This document shows, piece by piece, positions 22,023-31,833 of a stretch of DNA of 47,740 nt (position 1 is the stretch's first letter; each line of letters starts with the position of its first letter). The position numbers were made by a program, and so were the translations under genes. This DNA is from Barthelona sp. PAP020 (taxonomy: Eukaryota). The stretch is from NCBI GenBank assembly GCA_040182905.1, contig JARQWU010000051.1:1-47740 (forward strand). Direction: 5' to 3'. The notes under the pieces were generated by a model, which did not search any database, was not told the DNA's origin, and was given only the letters and a program-made list of their open reading frames with translations.

Positions 22023-22401
22023 GTTATGTGGTTTATTATTTGATGAAATAAAAAACTATTGAAAAAAAAAGAATTGAATGAGTTTCTTTCCATTCACACA
22101 AATTTTGATTTGTTTAGCCCATGTATATTGAACAAATTTTATTGTGATCAAAAGAAAATTGGTAGTGAAATGAATTTTTTGTTTTTTCGTTGTATGTGTG
22201 TATTTTGTTCAATAAACAATAAATTTAAACCCAATTTTGTATGTTTAAGTCAAAAATAGATTTGAAAACTGCAAAAACATTTCATTTAAAAAAATCTTTG
22301 CATTTTCTCTTTTCTAATATAAAAATAGGCTTTTGTATTTTAAGAAATTGATATTAAACGAAATTTAATAATATTTACAGTTGGACCTCAACATTTAACA
22401 A

Positions 22402-23532
22402 ATGGAGAATGATTTTACTAATTTTGTGTTTTACATGAATCAAACCATAGAATTGTGTGTAAGTCGTGAACCAGGTAAAGCTTGGATGTCCAAACAACCT
22501 GATGAAAATAGAACTGTTCAATGTATGGCTTGTTCTCATTTTTGCAAAATACCAGCTGGAAAATTGGGGAGATGTAATGTTCGTTACAATAATGAGGGAA
22601 CTTTGGAATTGTTAATATATTCCAGAGTTATTGCTGTACATATTGACCCCATTGAAAAGAAACCCTTGTATAATTTCTATCCAGGTCAAACAATATATTC
22701 GATTGGAACAATTGGTTGTAATTTTAGATGTACTTTTTGTCAAAATTGGTCCATTGCACATGTTTTAAATGATAAAGATTTGAGGCAAAGTCGTTTCAAT
22801 GCTGAAAGTGTCACTGATATTGAAGATGCAGATAGTTTTGGCAGATTTCTTTCGCCTGAAGAAGCGGTTAGAAAAACAATTCAAAATGGTTGTTCAATGG
22901 TTGCTACAACATACAATGAACCTACTATTTTTTTTGAATATATGTATGATATTTTTAGATTAGCAAAAGAAAGAGATTTGAAAACTGTGATGGTTACAAA
23001 TGGTTTCATAAGTGAAACAGCTTTACGAACATTATCTCCCTATTTGGATGCAATGAACATCGATCTAAAAGCATATACAGATGATTTTTACAGAAAAACA
23101 TGTGGAGGTCGATTGGAACCCGTAAAACAAACAATTCGTTTGGCTTATGAACTGGGTGTTCATGTTGAAGTTACTACTTTACTTATTGAAGGGCAAAACA
23201 CAAATGAGAATGAGGTTGAGGAATTGGTAACGTTTTTGGCAAGCGTTTCAACTGATATTCCATGGCATATTAGTGCCGCTCATCCAGATTACAAACAATT
23301 GGATATAAAAAGAACCACAGTTCAAACTTTGGAAAAAGCATATGCAATTGGTAGAAAGCACAATATCAAGTATATCTATCTTGGAAATGTTTATACTGAC
23401 ACAGGTAGAGATACCATTTGTCCGGGTTGTGGAAAAGTTTTGGTTAAGAGAAGTGGATTCAATGTACTGAGGAATGAAATGTCTGATAGTTATTGTCCTT
23501 TTTGTAATTATGAAGTCTATGGTCGTTTCTAA
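22402..23532 (+). CDS. amrS: AmmeMemoRadiSam-system radical SAM enzyme (PFL-activase-like family)
   Basis: N-terminal VQCxxCxxxC...GRCNVR, DPIEKKPLYNFYPG, radical SAM GCNFRCTFCQNW, TYNEPTIF, MVTNG, NIDLKA, VEVTTLLI, IPWHIS..HPDY and C-terminal YLGNV..T.CPGC..CPFC. Confidence 0.88.
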   Translation: MENDFTNFVFYMNQTIELCVSREPGKAWMSKQPDENRTVQCMACSHFCKIPAGKLGRCNVRYNNEGTLELLIYSRVIAVHIDPIEKKPLYNFYPGQTIYSIGTIGCNFRCTFCQNWSIAHVLNDKDLRQSRFNAESVTDIEDADSFGRFLSPEEAVRKTIQNGCSMVATTYNEPTIFFEYMYDIFRLAKERDLKTVMVTNGFISETALRTLSPYLDAMNIDLKAYTDDFYRKTCGGRLEPVKQTIRLAYELGVHVEVTTLLIEGQNTNENEVEELVTFLASVSTDIPWHISAAHPDYKQLDIKRTTVQTLEKAYAIGRKHNIKYIYLGNVYTDTGRDTICPGCGKVLVKRSGFNVLRNEMSDSYCPFCNYEVYGRF

Positions 23533-23672
23533 TGCAGTTCGAAAAATAAATCCTTTTGTTGTGTAATTTTTAAATATTTTTTGTTGTTTTGTTATGCTTT
23601 ATGGATTATCCAATATGCTATCAAGCAAATTGTTGTAAAAAAAAAGTTTGGAAAAAATAGTTTTTTGTTAAA

Positions 23673-25052
23673 ATGACATTTCAACATTTAAAAGAAGATG
23701 AGTTTGATAATTATGATGATTTAGAGGAAATTGAAACTTATTTACAAAGAAAAAAAGAGGAATTTTTGGAAAAAAAGGAAAAACACATTGAAGAACAAAA
23801 GAATGTGAGAATTCAAGAGTTGAATGAGATAAAAGCTAAGTTTCTTTCCGGAGATTCATCATTAAATATAAAAAATTTACCTTCTTTACAAAATATTTAC
23901 AATGAAATTATTTATTTGAAGAAATGTTTACCTATTCGAGATGAAATCACACAAGTGAATGGCTACATAAAGGATATTAAAGATAACTTGCCAAATGAAA
24001 AGACTTTTCCAGATTTTATTGAATTATTGGAAAAAGCTAACTCATACAGTGAAGCTACTCAAGATTATTGTAAAACTGCTTTAAAAAATTTGGAAGAGGA
24101 AATTTTTAATGTGACAAAACAGAATTGTATAGAATTGATCTTCAAATATAATTTTGCAATGAATCCAACAAATGAGTTGTTTATTGACACTGATTTTCTT
24201 CAAAATTATGGTATTTTCAAAGAAATTTGTGAATTTTCACAAAAGTCTAAAAATCAGGTATTCAGTTCTATTGTTGACCGATTTTTGTTTCATTTTACTA
24301 ATCAAAAAGATACAAAAGACGTTGTTCCTTCATTTTGGTTGGATTATTTATTCAATCAAATCGAGATATTATCTCATATTTTACCTGTTGAATTGTATGG
24401 ACTTTTCAATGATCTGATCAAAGCTGGACGTTTGAGATTACATGAGGATTTACGAAATAAGAACTTTATTGCTATTGATTTTGCACTTATGTTTGATTAT
24501 CATGTGAGTCAGTTATTCTCAAGAGAAAAATTCAAAGTTTTTGAACCCATTTCGATTCTTAATTCTTTGTTAGATGATAAGGTACTCTTAGAATGGATGG
24601 AAAGCTCATTTTCAACTTTTATCATTGTGGATGTGAATATATTGTTTCGAAAGATTGAAATTTTGCTTGAATCTATTTTGTTATTGGATGATTTGACTGT
24701 TTTAAATGTTTTTGAAAAGTTTGTTGTGAGAATGATTGAAAATTTTTACAATCATGAAAAGTTTAAAACAGAGTTTGAACTGAGTAATTTTCGAAATATT
24801 TGTGAGTGTTTCGCAATGTTTGAAGAAAAGTTTCATATTTTTATTACCAAATTATCATTATATTATCTTCCTTCAAAATTATTGGATGTTGAAACAATGT
24901 TTGATGAATTTGTGAATAAATATTTCAAAAATTTCTTAAAATATCATAAATTTGACTCCTTGAGAACTGATCAAATTCATGAATTGATTGTTCAATTGAA
25001 CATTCCAAAAAGATGGATGTACAAGTTACTCTTTGTGTATAAATGTGTGTGA
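23673..25052 (+). CDS. Divergent RINT1/TIP20-like helical protein (NRZ/Dsl1 tether subunit candidate)
   Basis: N-terminal coiled coil and RFLFHFTNQKDT....PSFWL, resembling the RINT1 motif RFxYHF....T....PEW. Shorter than canonical members. Confidence 0.5.
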   Translation: MTFQHLKEDEFDNYDDLEEIETYLQRKKEEFLEKKEKHIEEQKNVRIQELNEIKAKFLSGDSSLNIKNLPSLQNIYNEIIYLKKCLPIRDEITQVNGYIKDIKDNLPNEKTFPDFIELLEKANSYSEATQDYCKTALKNLEEEIFNVTKQNCIELIFKYNFAMNPTNELFIDTDFLQNYGIFKEICEFSQKSKNQVFSSIVDRFLFHFTNQKDTKDVVPSFWLDYLFNQIEILSHILPVELYGLFNDLIKAGRLRLHEDLRNKNFIAIDFALMFDYHVSQLFSREKFKVFEPISILNSLLDDKVLLEWMESSFSTFIIVDVNILFRKIEILLESILLLDDLTVLNVFEKFVVRMIENFYNHEKFKTEFELSNFRNICECFAMFEEKFHIFITKLSLYYLPSKLLDVETMFDEFVNKYFKNFLKYHKFDSLRTDQIHELIVQLNIPKRWMYKLLFVYKCV

Positions 25053-25295
25053 ACAATTAAAAAAAAAAAAAAAACAAGTTTTATGATATTTTGGCTTTTT
25101 TATTTGTGTAGGTATGGATGAAGTTGTTTATTTGGTTAAATTTTTGGATTTCTTTTGAAAAATTATGTTCAAAATTAAAAAAAGTTTGAATTGCAATAAA
25201 TACCTTTAAAATACACATTCTAAAAGATGAAAGATCATTAAAGATTAAAATACTATTGGATAATGAAGAAAACAATAATAATCACATATATCATG

Positions 25296-26681
25296 CTATA
25301 AAAGTGTTCTGGCAAGTTCTATACATTCTGCTGATGTACAATCTCTATGAATAAATTGATAATTCAAGATTTTTTTTAAAATATTCCCCATATCTTTCCC
25401 TGGTTTGAATCCCATGTCAATCAACATTTTTCCAGTGACCAAAGGTTTGATGTTATAGGCTTCTCTAAGCCTCAACATTTCAACCAATTCCATAAAAAAC
25501 TCAATTTCTTCAATAGCTGCCATTTTTTTGGAAGAGGCCAAAAGAAGTACAGTCTCCCATAATTCTCCACATTGAATTATCCATTCAGCAATGCCAATAA
25601 CGTTTGCTTCACTATGATTTTTACATAATGGAAGAATGTTTAAAAATCCCTCAATTCCATTAAGGAGAATAGTGATGGATTGATTAACGTTGGTGGAATA
25701 TTTCAAAGAAGTCATAGCAAAAGCTGAACACTTTGACATTTTTTTTGAAGTATTTGGAACACTAACAACTTCTAAATAATCATTTATAAATGAATAAATT
25801 AAAGCCAAAATCCCTTTAAATTTATCAATATTTTGAAATTTTTCAGAATAAATTAAAAATTTTTTCAAAGATTCTTGAATTGCTTTAAAATAAGGTGAAA
25901 AATCATAGCAAACTTGTCCATTTTGATAAGCAAATACCTCATTGAATAATTTGAACGATATGATACTATTCATTCCAAAAGAAACATTGTTTTCAAAAAT
26001 TTCTTGTAATTCAACACCAATACGTTCTCTAGAAACATTAGATGTAAACAATAAATGAATACTCGGATCTTGTGCAGCTTTCATCAAATCATAGTCAAAT
26101 CTAAAGGAAAACCTACAAGCAAAACGAATAGCTCTTAAAATTCTCAAAGGATCATCAGTAAACGTTATTTTGGGCTGTAAAGGAGTTCTAATTACACCAA
26201 GAAATAAATCAATTAATCCAAGATTAGTGAAATCTTCCAACTTATTCTGATTAATATTATAAAATAAGCTATTCATCGAAAAATCTCTTTTAAATGCATC
26301 TTCTTCTGGAGTTCCAAATTTATTATCATTAGAATATTCACAGCCTCTTAAATTGCAGAGGTCAATTTCTAAATCCAAAATTTTTACTTTAATAGTTTCT
26401 AAATGTTTACCTTGTTCTGGGTTGTCCTTTATAATGCCAAAATGTATTTCTTTGCCAATATTTGTCATATATTCTTCAAGTAAATAAACAAAATCTTGTC
26501 CAGTCATATTATCTAACACAATATCAATATCGTATTTATTGGGTAATTCTAATAGTTTATCTCTCACCCAACCTCCAGCAACACGAAATGTTGTATCATA
26601 CTTTGTTCCAACATCTAATAATATTTGAAATAATTCATTTTCTTTTGGACACAATGTGATATTCTTTGAATCTGTTAACAT
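25296..26681 (-). CDS. CCA1: CCA-adding tRNA nucleotidyltransferase (class II)
   Basis: RVAGGWVRDKLL, DIDI, KHLET, FGTPEEDAFKRDFSMNSLFYN, DDPLRILRAIRFA and VSRERIGVE. Confidence 0.93.
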   Translation of the reverse strand: MLTDSKNITLCPKENELFQILLDVGTKYDTTFRVAGGWVRDKLLELPNKYDIDIVLDNMTGQDFVYLLEEYMTNIGKEIHFGIIKDNPEQGKHLETIKVKILDLEIDLCNLRGCEYSNDNKFGTPEEDAFKRDFSMNSLFYNINQNKLEDFTNLGLIDLFLGVIRTPLQPKITFTDDPLRILRAIRFACRFSFRFDYDLMKAAQDPSIHLLFTSNVSRERIGVELQEIFENNVSFGMNSIISFKLFNEVFAYQNGQVCYDFSPYFKAIQESLKKFLIYSEKFQNIDKFKGILALIYSFINDYLEVVSVPNTSKKMSKCSAFAMTSLKYSTNVNQSITILLNGIEGFLNILPLCKNHSEANVIGIAEWIIQCGELWETVLLLASSKKMAAIEEIEFFMELVEMLRLREAYNIKPLVTGKMLIDMGFKPGKDMGNILKKILNYQFIHRDCTSAECIELARTLL

Positions 26682-26740
26682 GAATAATTGTGAAAAAAAT
26701 TTTTCCCTTTTTCATTTGACTTTTTTTTTAAATTAAAAAT

Positions 26741-27166
26741 ATGTTAATAGTACCAGATTTTTCTACTTTTAAAATACCTAAGATTCCAAAGCCATCAAAA
26801 CAATTAATTATAGGTTTTGTTTTTCTTACATATTTTATTGTTGTCGCCGGTGTAATTTATGATATTGTTGTTGCTCCTCCTGCAGTTGGTACTGAATACA
26901 ATGAAAAAACCAGATCTTATCAACCTGTAACCGTTGTTAAGTGGAGATTGAATGGTCAGTATATTATTGAGGGTATGACAGCATCATTTTTCATTTCTAT
27001 TGTTGGATTATCTATTTTAGGTTTTCATATTGGTGCTACTGATTCAAATAAGGGACTGTTTGCAAGAAAAGTTTTGATGTCCATTTCATCCATTGGTTTT
27101 TTCATTGGTTTTTTTATTGTGATGAGCTTTTTCAAATTAAAAGTGGGTAATTATCTTAAACGTTAA
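26741..27166 (+). CDS. OSTC: Oligosaccharyltransferase complex subunit OSTC/DC2
   Basis: YFIVVAGVIYDIVVAPPAVG, RLNGQYIIEG, three hydrophobic helices, C-terminal F.KLK..YL. Confidence 0.92.
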   Translation: MLIVPDFSTFKIPKIPKPSKQLIIGFVFLTYFIVVAGVIYDIVVAPPAVGTEYNEKTRSYQPVTVVKWRLNGQYIIEGMTASFFISIVGLSILGFHIGATDSNKGLFARKVLMSISSIGFFIGFFIVMSFFKLKVGNYLKR

Positions 27167-27674
27167 ATATAAAATGCTTTTAACATATATATAAACAATT
27201 TATGTGATTTTTTTTCTTTTGTTGTGTTTTTTTTTGGTTAAAATGTGAAAAATAAGTTAATGTTGAAAGGTATTTGTTGAATAAACCCTTGATTAACTCT
27301 TAACAAAGCAAAGCTGTAAATACAATTTTCCTGCCAAAAGTTCTTTTGCAAGTCAAAACAAAAGACTTAATATTTATGTGATTGAAAAGAATTCCATCTG
27401 GGTTTTCATTGAATTGAACTTTCTTTTATCAAAAGCAAAATTTGCCATGTTTGTCAAAGAAACTTTATGGAAAGACATGCATATATGGATGATATAATTG
27501 TTCCTTTTTCAGAAAAGATTTTGAATTTGAAAACTTGAGCCTGCTAACTAGATAAGCAATTGATAAGACCAAAATAAATTTTTCTTTGGATGAAAAAAAG
27601 AAAATCAAAGACTATTTTATATACAATGTAAATTGTTCAATGTAATTGAGAATTTATGCAACCATTAATGTTGC

Positions 27675-29717
27675 TTAAGCTTCTGAAATCTTTAAACTTA
27701 AATGTTTAATAACAGAATCATCAAAATAAACTAAATTCTTTGTCAAGGCACTAACTAATTCTGGATTTAATCTAAAATCATATTTTAATTGGTTTTTTGA
27801 AATAAAAATACCCTCCAAAATTTCAGTCATCTTCAGTAATTTGAATATATTCAAACATCCATTCTTCATTGTCTGATTACCATCATGTAAAAACGTAATA
27901 TCTTGTAAAACCAATCCGATATGAGGAATGAATGTTTGTTTTGAAGTTGCTACTTGGGATACCAAATTTCGATAAAATCTAGAATTGTCTTTGAATGAAC
28001 AAAGTTCTTTCAACTTTTCCTCCATATTCTTTTTGTTGGTTGATAAACTACTGAAAACATCCTTAAATTTCGAGACAGCATATCCAGATAGTCCTCCATA
28101 AACAGCCATTGCCCCATAAAAGTTATAATTTGATGCTAACAAAGTAGCAACCTTTAAAAAATGGCTAACGATAGCTTTCCTTCTCTTAAATTGAAACTCT
28201 GTCAATACGCCAGTCACAACCCAATTGGTTATTGCATTGCTCCTTTCCAGGAACTCAATTACGTGAGGTGAAAGTCTGTCAATACGTTTATTATGTACAG
28301 GATAAGCGACGATCTCTCTCAAAGGTATATTGCTCCATGTGTTCTGATCAATCATGCACAGATGTTCACATAAAGTGTGTTCATTAATTTCGTCAATAAC
28401 TAGTTTCTTTGATGGTCCAAAATCAAAGTCCATATCCATATCATCAAGAAGCATTTGTGTTGTCTCAACTCCACTTGCTTCACTCTCGTTATCTTCTTCT
28501 AAACTAAACAAAGATGACCCAACTATTTTTCGCTTATTATCTATACTATTAACACTTGAAGCTTTTGAATTAAAACCAGTTGAATTTATTACTGTGTTCA
28601 CAAAGTCAGCATCATGATTATCTACATTCGAAACTTGTCTCAAAAGATTTGCCATTCGTTCAAAATCATTTTCTTCAAAATCCTTAATTAATTGAAATAC
28701 ATATTTTTCTGCATCAGGTTCAAGAAAATCCTTAGGTTCAGTAATCAGCCATTTAGATAAAAATGTAGCAACACCTCTACGAGTTGGTTTCACAACTTCT
28801 TTTTCATAAGCTTCACAATCCACACAATTGTATGGAATATTGATTTGAAGCCTTAAATGAAGCAAATGCAAAACATCTGCAACGGAAAAAATCAAAAATC
28901 TTAATTTTAGAACCATATTTAAAAGATCACTGGGTGCATTTGGCCCCGTAACAACTTCGAATAATTTTAAAGGAGATAAGTAGACATATGGACTGTTGAT
29001 ATCATCTCCAATACGAAATTGATGGGTTTTATCAGCCAATTGTTCAGAACTAGGAAACTCAGTTAGATCTAAATACGACAAATCTTGACATTCTTTGAAC
29101 ATATATTCTCTGTAATGAACAGGACCATTTGGATCAAAAGTGAAAACAGGCGGTTTTCTTTCTATCTTCTTAGATTCTGCCATATCTTTGGAAATCATTT
29201 TTAATATTGAAGTTTTTAATCTTGAATTAGTGACAAATTGTTGCAAAGCATTGTCAATTTTATTAAAACCTGATATATTTGAATAATTATCGGAAATAAT
29301 GTTATTGAATTCAACCTTTTTATTAATCTTTTTATTATCAATATATTCAATTTCTTTTCCAACAATCAAACCATTATGACAAAATCTTGGCAAACTTTTC
29401 TTTTGAATTGAAGTCAACCTGTTTTCCAATTGATATAAATCTAAAAACTGTTCAACATTGTATGTTTCATTGTTTTGTAAAGAAATTAAAGAACTCTGTT
29501 CTTGAACAATTTTTTTTGATCGATACAAAAACGTTTCTGAAGGTGAAGGTAATATAAATCGTTTTCGTAATGATGTTAACTCTTGATTTAGTCTTCTATT
29601 TTCAGTTTCAAGTTGTTCATTGTGCCTAATCAATTCCTTATTCCTTTGTACTTTCTCTTTCAACTCATCTTTGACAAATTCATAGCTTTTCATAACTATT
29701 TTCTTTGAATTTGTCAT
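27675..29717 (-). CDS. RasGEF (N-terminal coiled coil, REM-like region, CDC25 domain)
   Basis: FLSKWL...PKDF (REM), SNAITNWV, NFYGAMAVYGGL, FIPHIGLVLQDITFLHDGN and LNIFKL. Confidence 0.92.
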   Translation of the reverse strand: MTNSKKIVMKSYEFVKDELKEKVQRNKELIRHNEQLETENRRLNQELTSLRKRFILPSPSETFLYRSKKIVQEQSSLISLQNNETYNVEQFLDLYQLENRLTSIQKKSLPRFCHNGLIVGKEIEYIDNKKINKKVEFNNIISDNYSNISGFNKIDNALQQFVTNSRLKTSILKMISKDMAESKKIERKPPVFTFDPNGPVHYREYMFKECQDLSYLDLTEFPSSEQLADKTHQFRIGDDINSPYVYLSPLKLFEVVTGPNAPSDLLNMVLKLRFLIFSVADVLHLLHLRLQINIPYNCVDCEAYEKEVVKPTRRGVATFLSKWLITEPKDFLEPDAEKYVFQLIKDFEENDFERMANLLRQVSNVDNHDADFVNTVINSTGFNSKASSVNSIDNKRKIVGSSLFSLEEDNESEASGVETTQMLLDDMDMDFDFGPSKKLVIDEINEHTLCEHLCMIDQNTWSNIPLREIVAYPVHNKRIDRLSPHVIEFLERSNAITNWVVTGVLTEFQFKRRKAIVSHFLKVATLLASNYNFYGAMAVYGGLSGYAVSKFKDVFSSLSTNKKNMEEKLKELCSFKDNSRFYRNLVSQVATSKQTFIPHIGLVLQDITFLHDGNQTMKNGCLNIFKLLKMTEILEGIFISKNQLKYDFRLNPELVSALTKNLVYFDDSVIKHLSLKISEA

Positions 29718-30122
29718 ATTTTTTTTTGAATTTCAAATGCGAACCAAAATGTAGAAAACATGTTTTTTTTTAATTTTTATTTTTAATTTGATACTTTCTT
29801 TTTTTTTGAATTAAATCTTTCTGTACTTTAAATATTCTTTGGCATTTAACTTTTGTTTTTTATTATTTTGTTATGGTTTGAATATTCTCTTTTTTACTTT
29901 ATTTTAAGCGGTTTAGTATGAAATAGAGTGAATAAATATGCACATTTCAAAACTGTTTGTGTTTTTTATCTTTCTTTCGTTTGAAACAATTTTGATTTAA
30001 TTGTTATTTGTTTTAAAAAATTACCTTCAATTCTAATATTCAAGTTGAAATCCCGTTTTATTCGCTTTCTTTATTGTGAAACAAATATAAACAATTTTTT
30101 TTTTAAATAATCAATACCAAGT

Positions 30123-30447
30123 ATGGATTCAAGTTATATTAAAAAACAACAAGAGCAACAGTGAGACAATTATTTCCAACTAGAAATTAATATTTAGTCA
30201 AAAGAAACAACAGGAAGAAGAGTTTCGTCAACAAGCCATGTTATCGTTGCTTAAACCCGAAGCCATTGAACGTTTATCACGAGTTAGAATGGTCAATCCT
30301 GATTTAGCTGTTAGGGTTGAAAATGAATTGATTGGAAAGGCCCGAAGTGGTAGATTGACAAATCCTTTAACTGATGAAGAGTTACGTCGTGTTTTAGAGG
30401 AAAAAAGTGATGCGAATAGATCTACTGTTACCTTTATTAGAAGATGA
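30123..30447 (+). CDS. PDCD5: Programmed cell death protein 5 / dsDNA-binding protein, two exons (30123-30160, 30198-30447)
   Basis: LL.PEA.ERLSRVRMVNP..A..VEN.LI..ARSG.L...LTDEEL...L and terminal V.F.RR. A 37-nt GTGAGA...TTAATATTTAG intron links it in frame to the ATG at 30123. Confidence 0.9.
30161..30197 (+). other. 37-nt spliceosomal intron (phase 2)
   Basis: GTGAGA donor, ATTAAT branch-like site, TTTAG acceptor. Restores a continuous PDCD5 frame. Confidence 0.8.
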
Positions 30448-30536
30448 TTCTAAAAAAAATGCTGTAAATTGTGTATAAAAAGAATATGTATTTATAACAT
30501 TTATTATTTAAAAAAATTTAGCGCAGATTAAATTCA

Positions 30537-31538
30537 TCAATATAAAGAGCTTCCATTGCCATTCCACAAATTGTTCCTATCCTGACTGTCATCTTTTTTC
30601 CCATTATCTATTAAATCTGTCATATTTCTGTAATTTGTTCTTTTTCTTGTTCTCTGAACATTAGTGTTCCAATCAGCATCTCTTCTTTGATCGGAAGAAT
30701 TGGAGCTGTTGTTTTGATTGAATTCAAACGACTCAGTCATATTTGCTGATGGTTTAAAAGAAAGAATGAATGATTTAAAAAAAGCTAAGAGACAAATATA
30801 CAGAAATACGATTTTTTCCTTTAATTTAGATACAAAAACATTAGCATTTGTTTGTAGTTCTTTTACTTTTTCTTGAATAACATTTGGGTTCGATTCTTCT
30901 GTCTCTATCATTTCTAAAGTGGCAATACAATGTGGAAATAATTCAAAATCATTCACAGTTTTTTTATTAGTTGGATTGTAAATGAATGTCAGGTCTTTTA
31001 TATTTAATAGAAACATATATTTGTCAATATTCCATTCATTTTCAATGAATTCAAATATTTCAAAGATAGGGGTACTCTCAGTCACATCGATAACCATTGT
31101 TTTACCTTCAGGATGTCGAATTAGAATGGTTCCATTCATATTTTCTGCATTTTTTTCTTTCAATTCATTTTTAGTTTCAAAATTTTCCCTTTTTTCCTTT
31201 TTTTCAACTTCAGGAGAAGTTAGATCTAACTTTAATATCATCGGTTTTCTAACTGGCTTTTTTACTTCAAAAATTTCCTCAAAACGACGACATTCTCTTA
31301 AAATAAATTGATGGTTTACAATATCACCTTTTGCAAACATAGGAAGGGAAACAAATGCCTCCTCAATAAAATCATCACTATTCACATCATAATATGCCCA
31401 TAACTTATCACTATTCTCTTTCAAATAATCAGAAATCTGTATTGAAATACTGGGCTCATTTGCATTCAGTATTATCACATGGACGTTCTGTTGGTCTTTT
31501 GATGGGAGTAATTCGGTCAAAGCAATCAATTCATCCAT
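30537..31538 (-). CDS. UBXN4: UBXN4/erasin (Ubx7)-like UBX-domain protein
   Basis: Central UBX-like segment (ILIRHPEG...KTVNDFELFP), hydrophobic hairpin (IVFLYICLLAFF) and the C-terminal N.WNGN.S motif characteristic of UBXN4. Confidence 0.7.
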   Translation of the reverse strand: MDELIALTELLPSKDQQNVHVIILNANEPSISIQISDYLKENSDKLWAYYDVNSDDFIEEAFVSLPMFAKGDIVNHQFILRECRRFEEIFEVKKPVRKPMILKLDLTSPEVEKKEKRENFETKNELKEKNAENMNGTILIRHPEGKTMVIDVTESTPIFEIFEFIENEWNIDKYMFLLNIKDLTFIYNPTNKKTVNDFELFPHCIATLEMIETEESNPNVIQEKVKELQTNANVFVSKLKEKIVFLYICLLAFFKSFILSFKPSANMTESFEFNQNNSSNSSDQRRDADWNTNVQRTRKRTNYRNMTDLIDNGKKDDSQDRNNLWNGNGSSLY

Positions 31539-31833
31539 TTTTGTATTATAAAATAAGAAAAAATAATTTACATTTTTAATCTTTTTGTTTTTATCAGTAT
31601 TTTGATAGCTTAGAAATATTTCATGGGTGTTTTGTAACTCAATCCGGTTTCAATTGTTGAAGTTAAAGTTTCTCTTTGACAACAAATTTATCTGTCTTTA
31701 GGTGTTGATAAACAGAAAATTCTTCGTTAATTTGTGTTCCATACGCTAAATTCTTAACTGAAATTTGAAAAATAAAAAAAACTTGGGAAAATTTATCATT
31801 GAGCAAATATTACAAAAGAAAATTTGATTATAT

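Noticed and set aside
31620..31800. Possible extra calpain exon or small ORF downstream of the calpain stop
   Set aside because: Only short open stretches with no recognisable motif or convincing splice pair.
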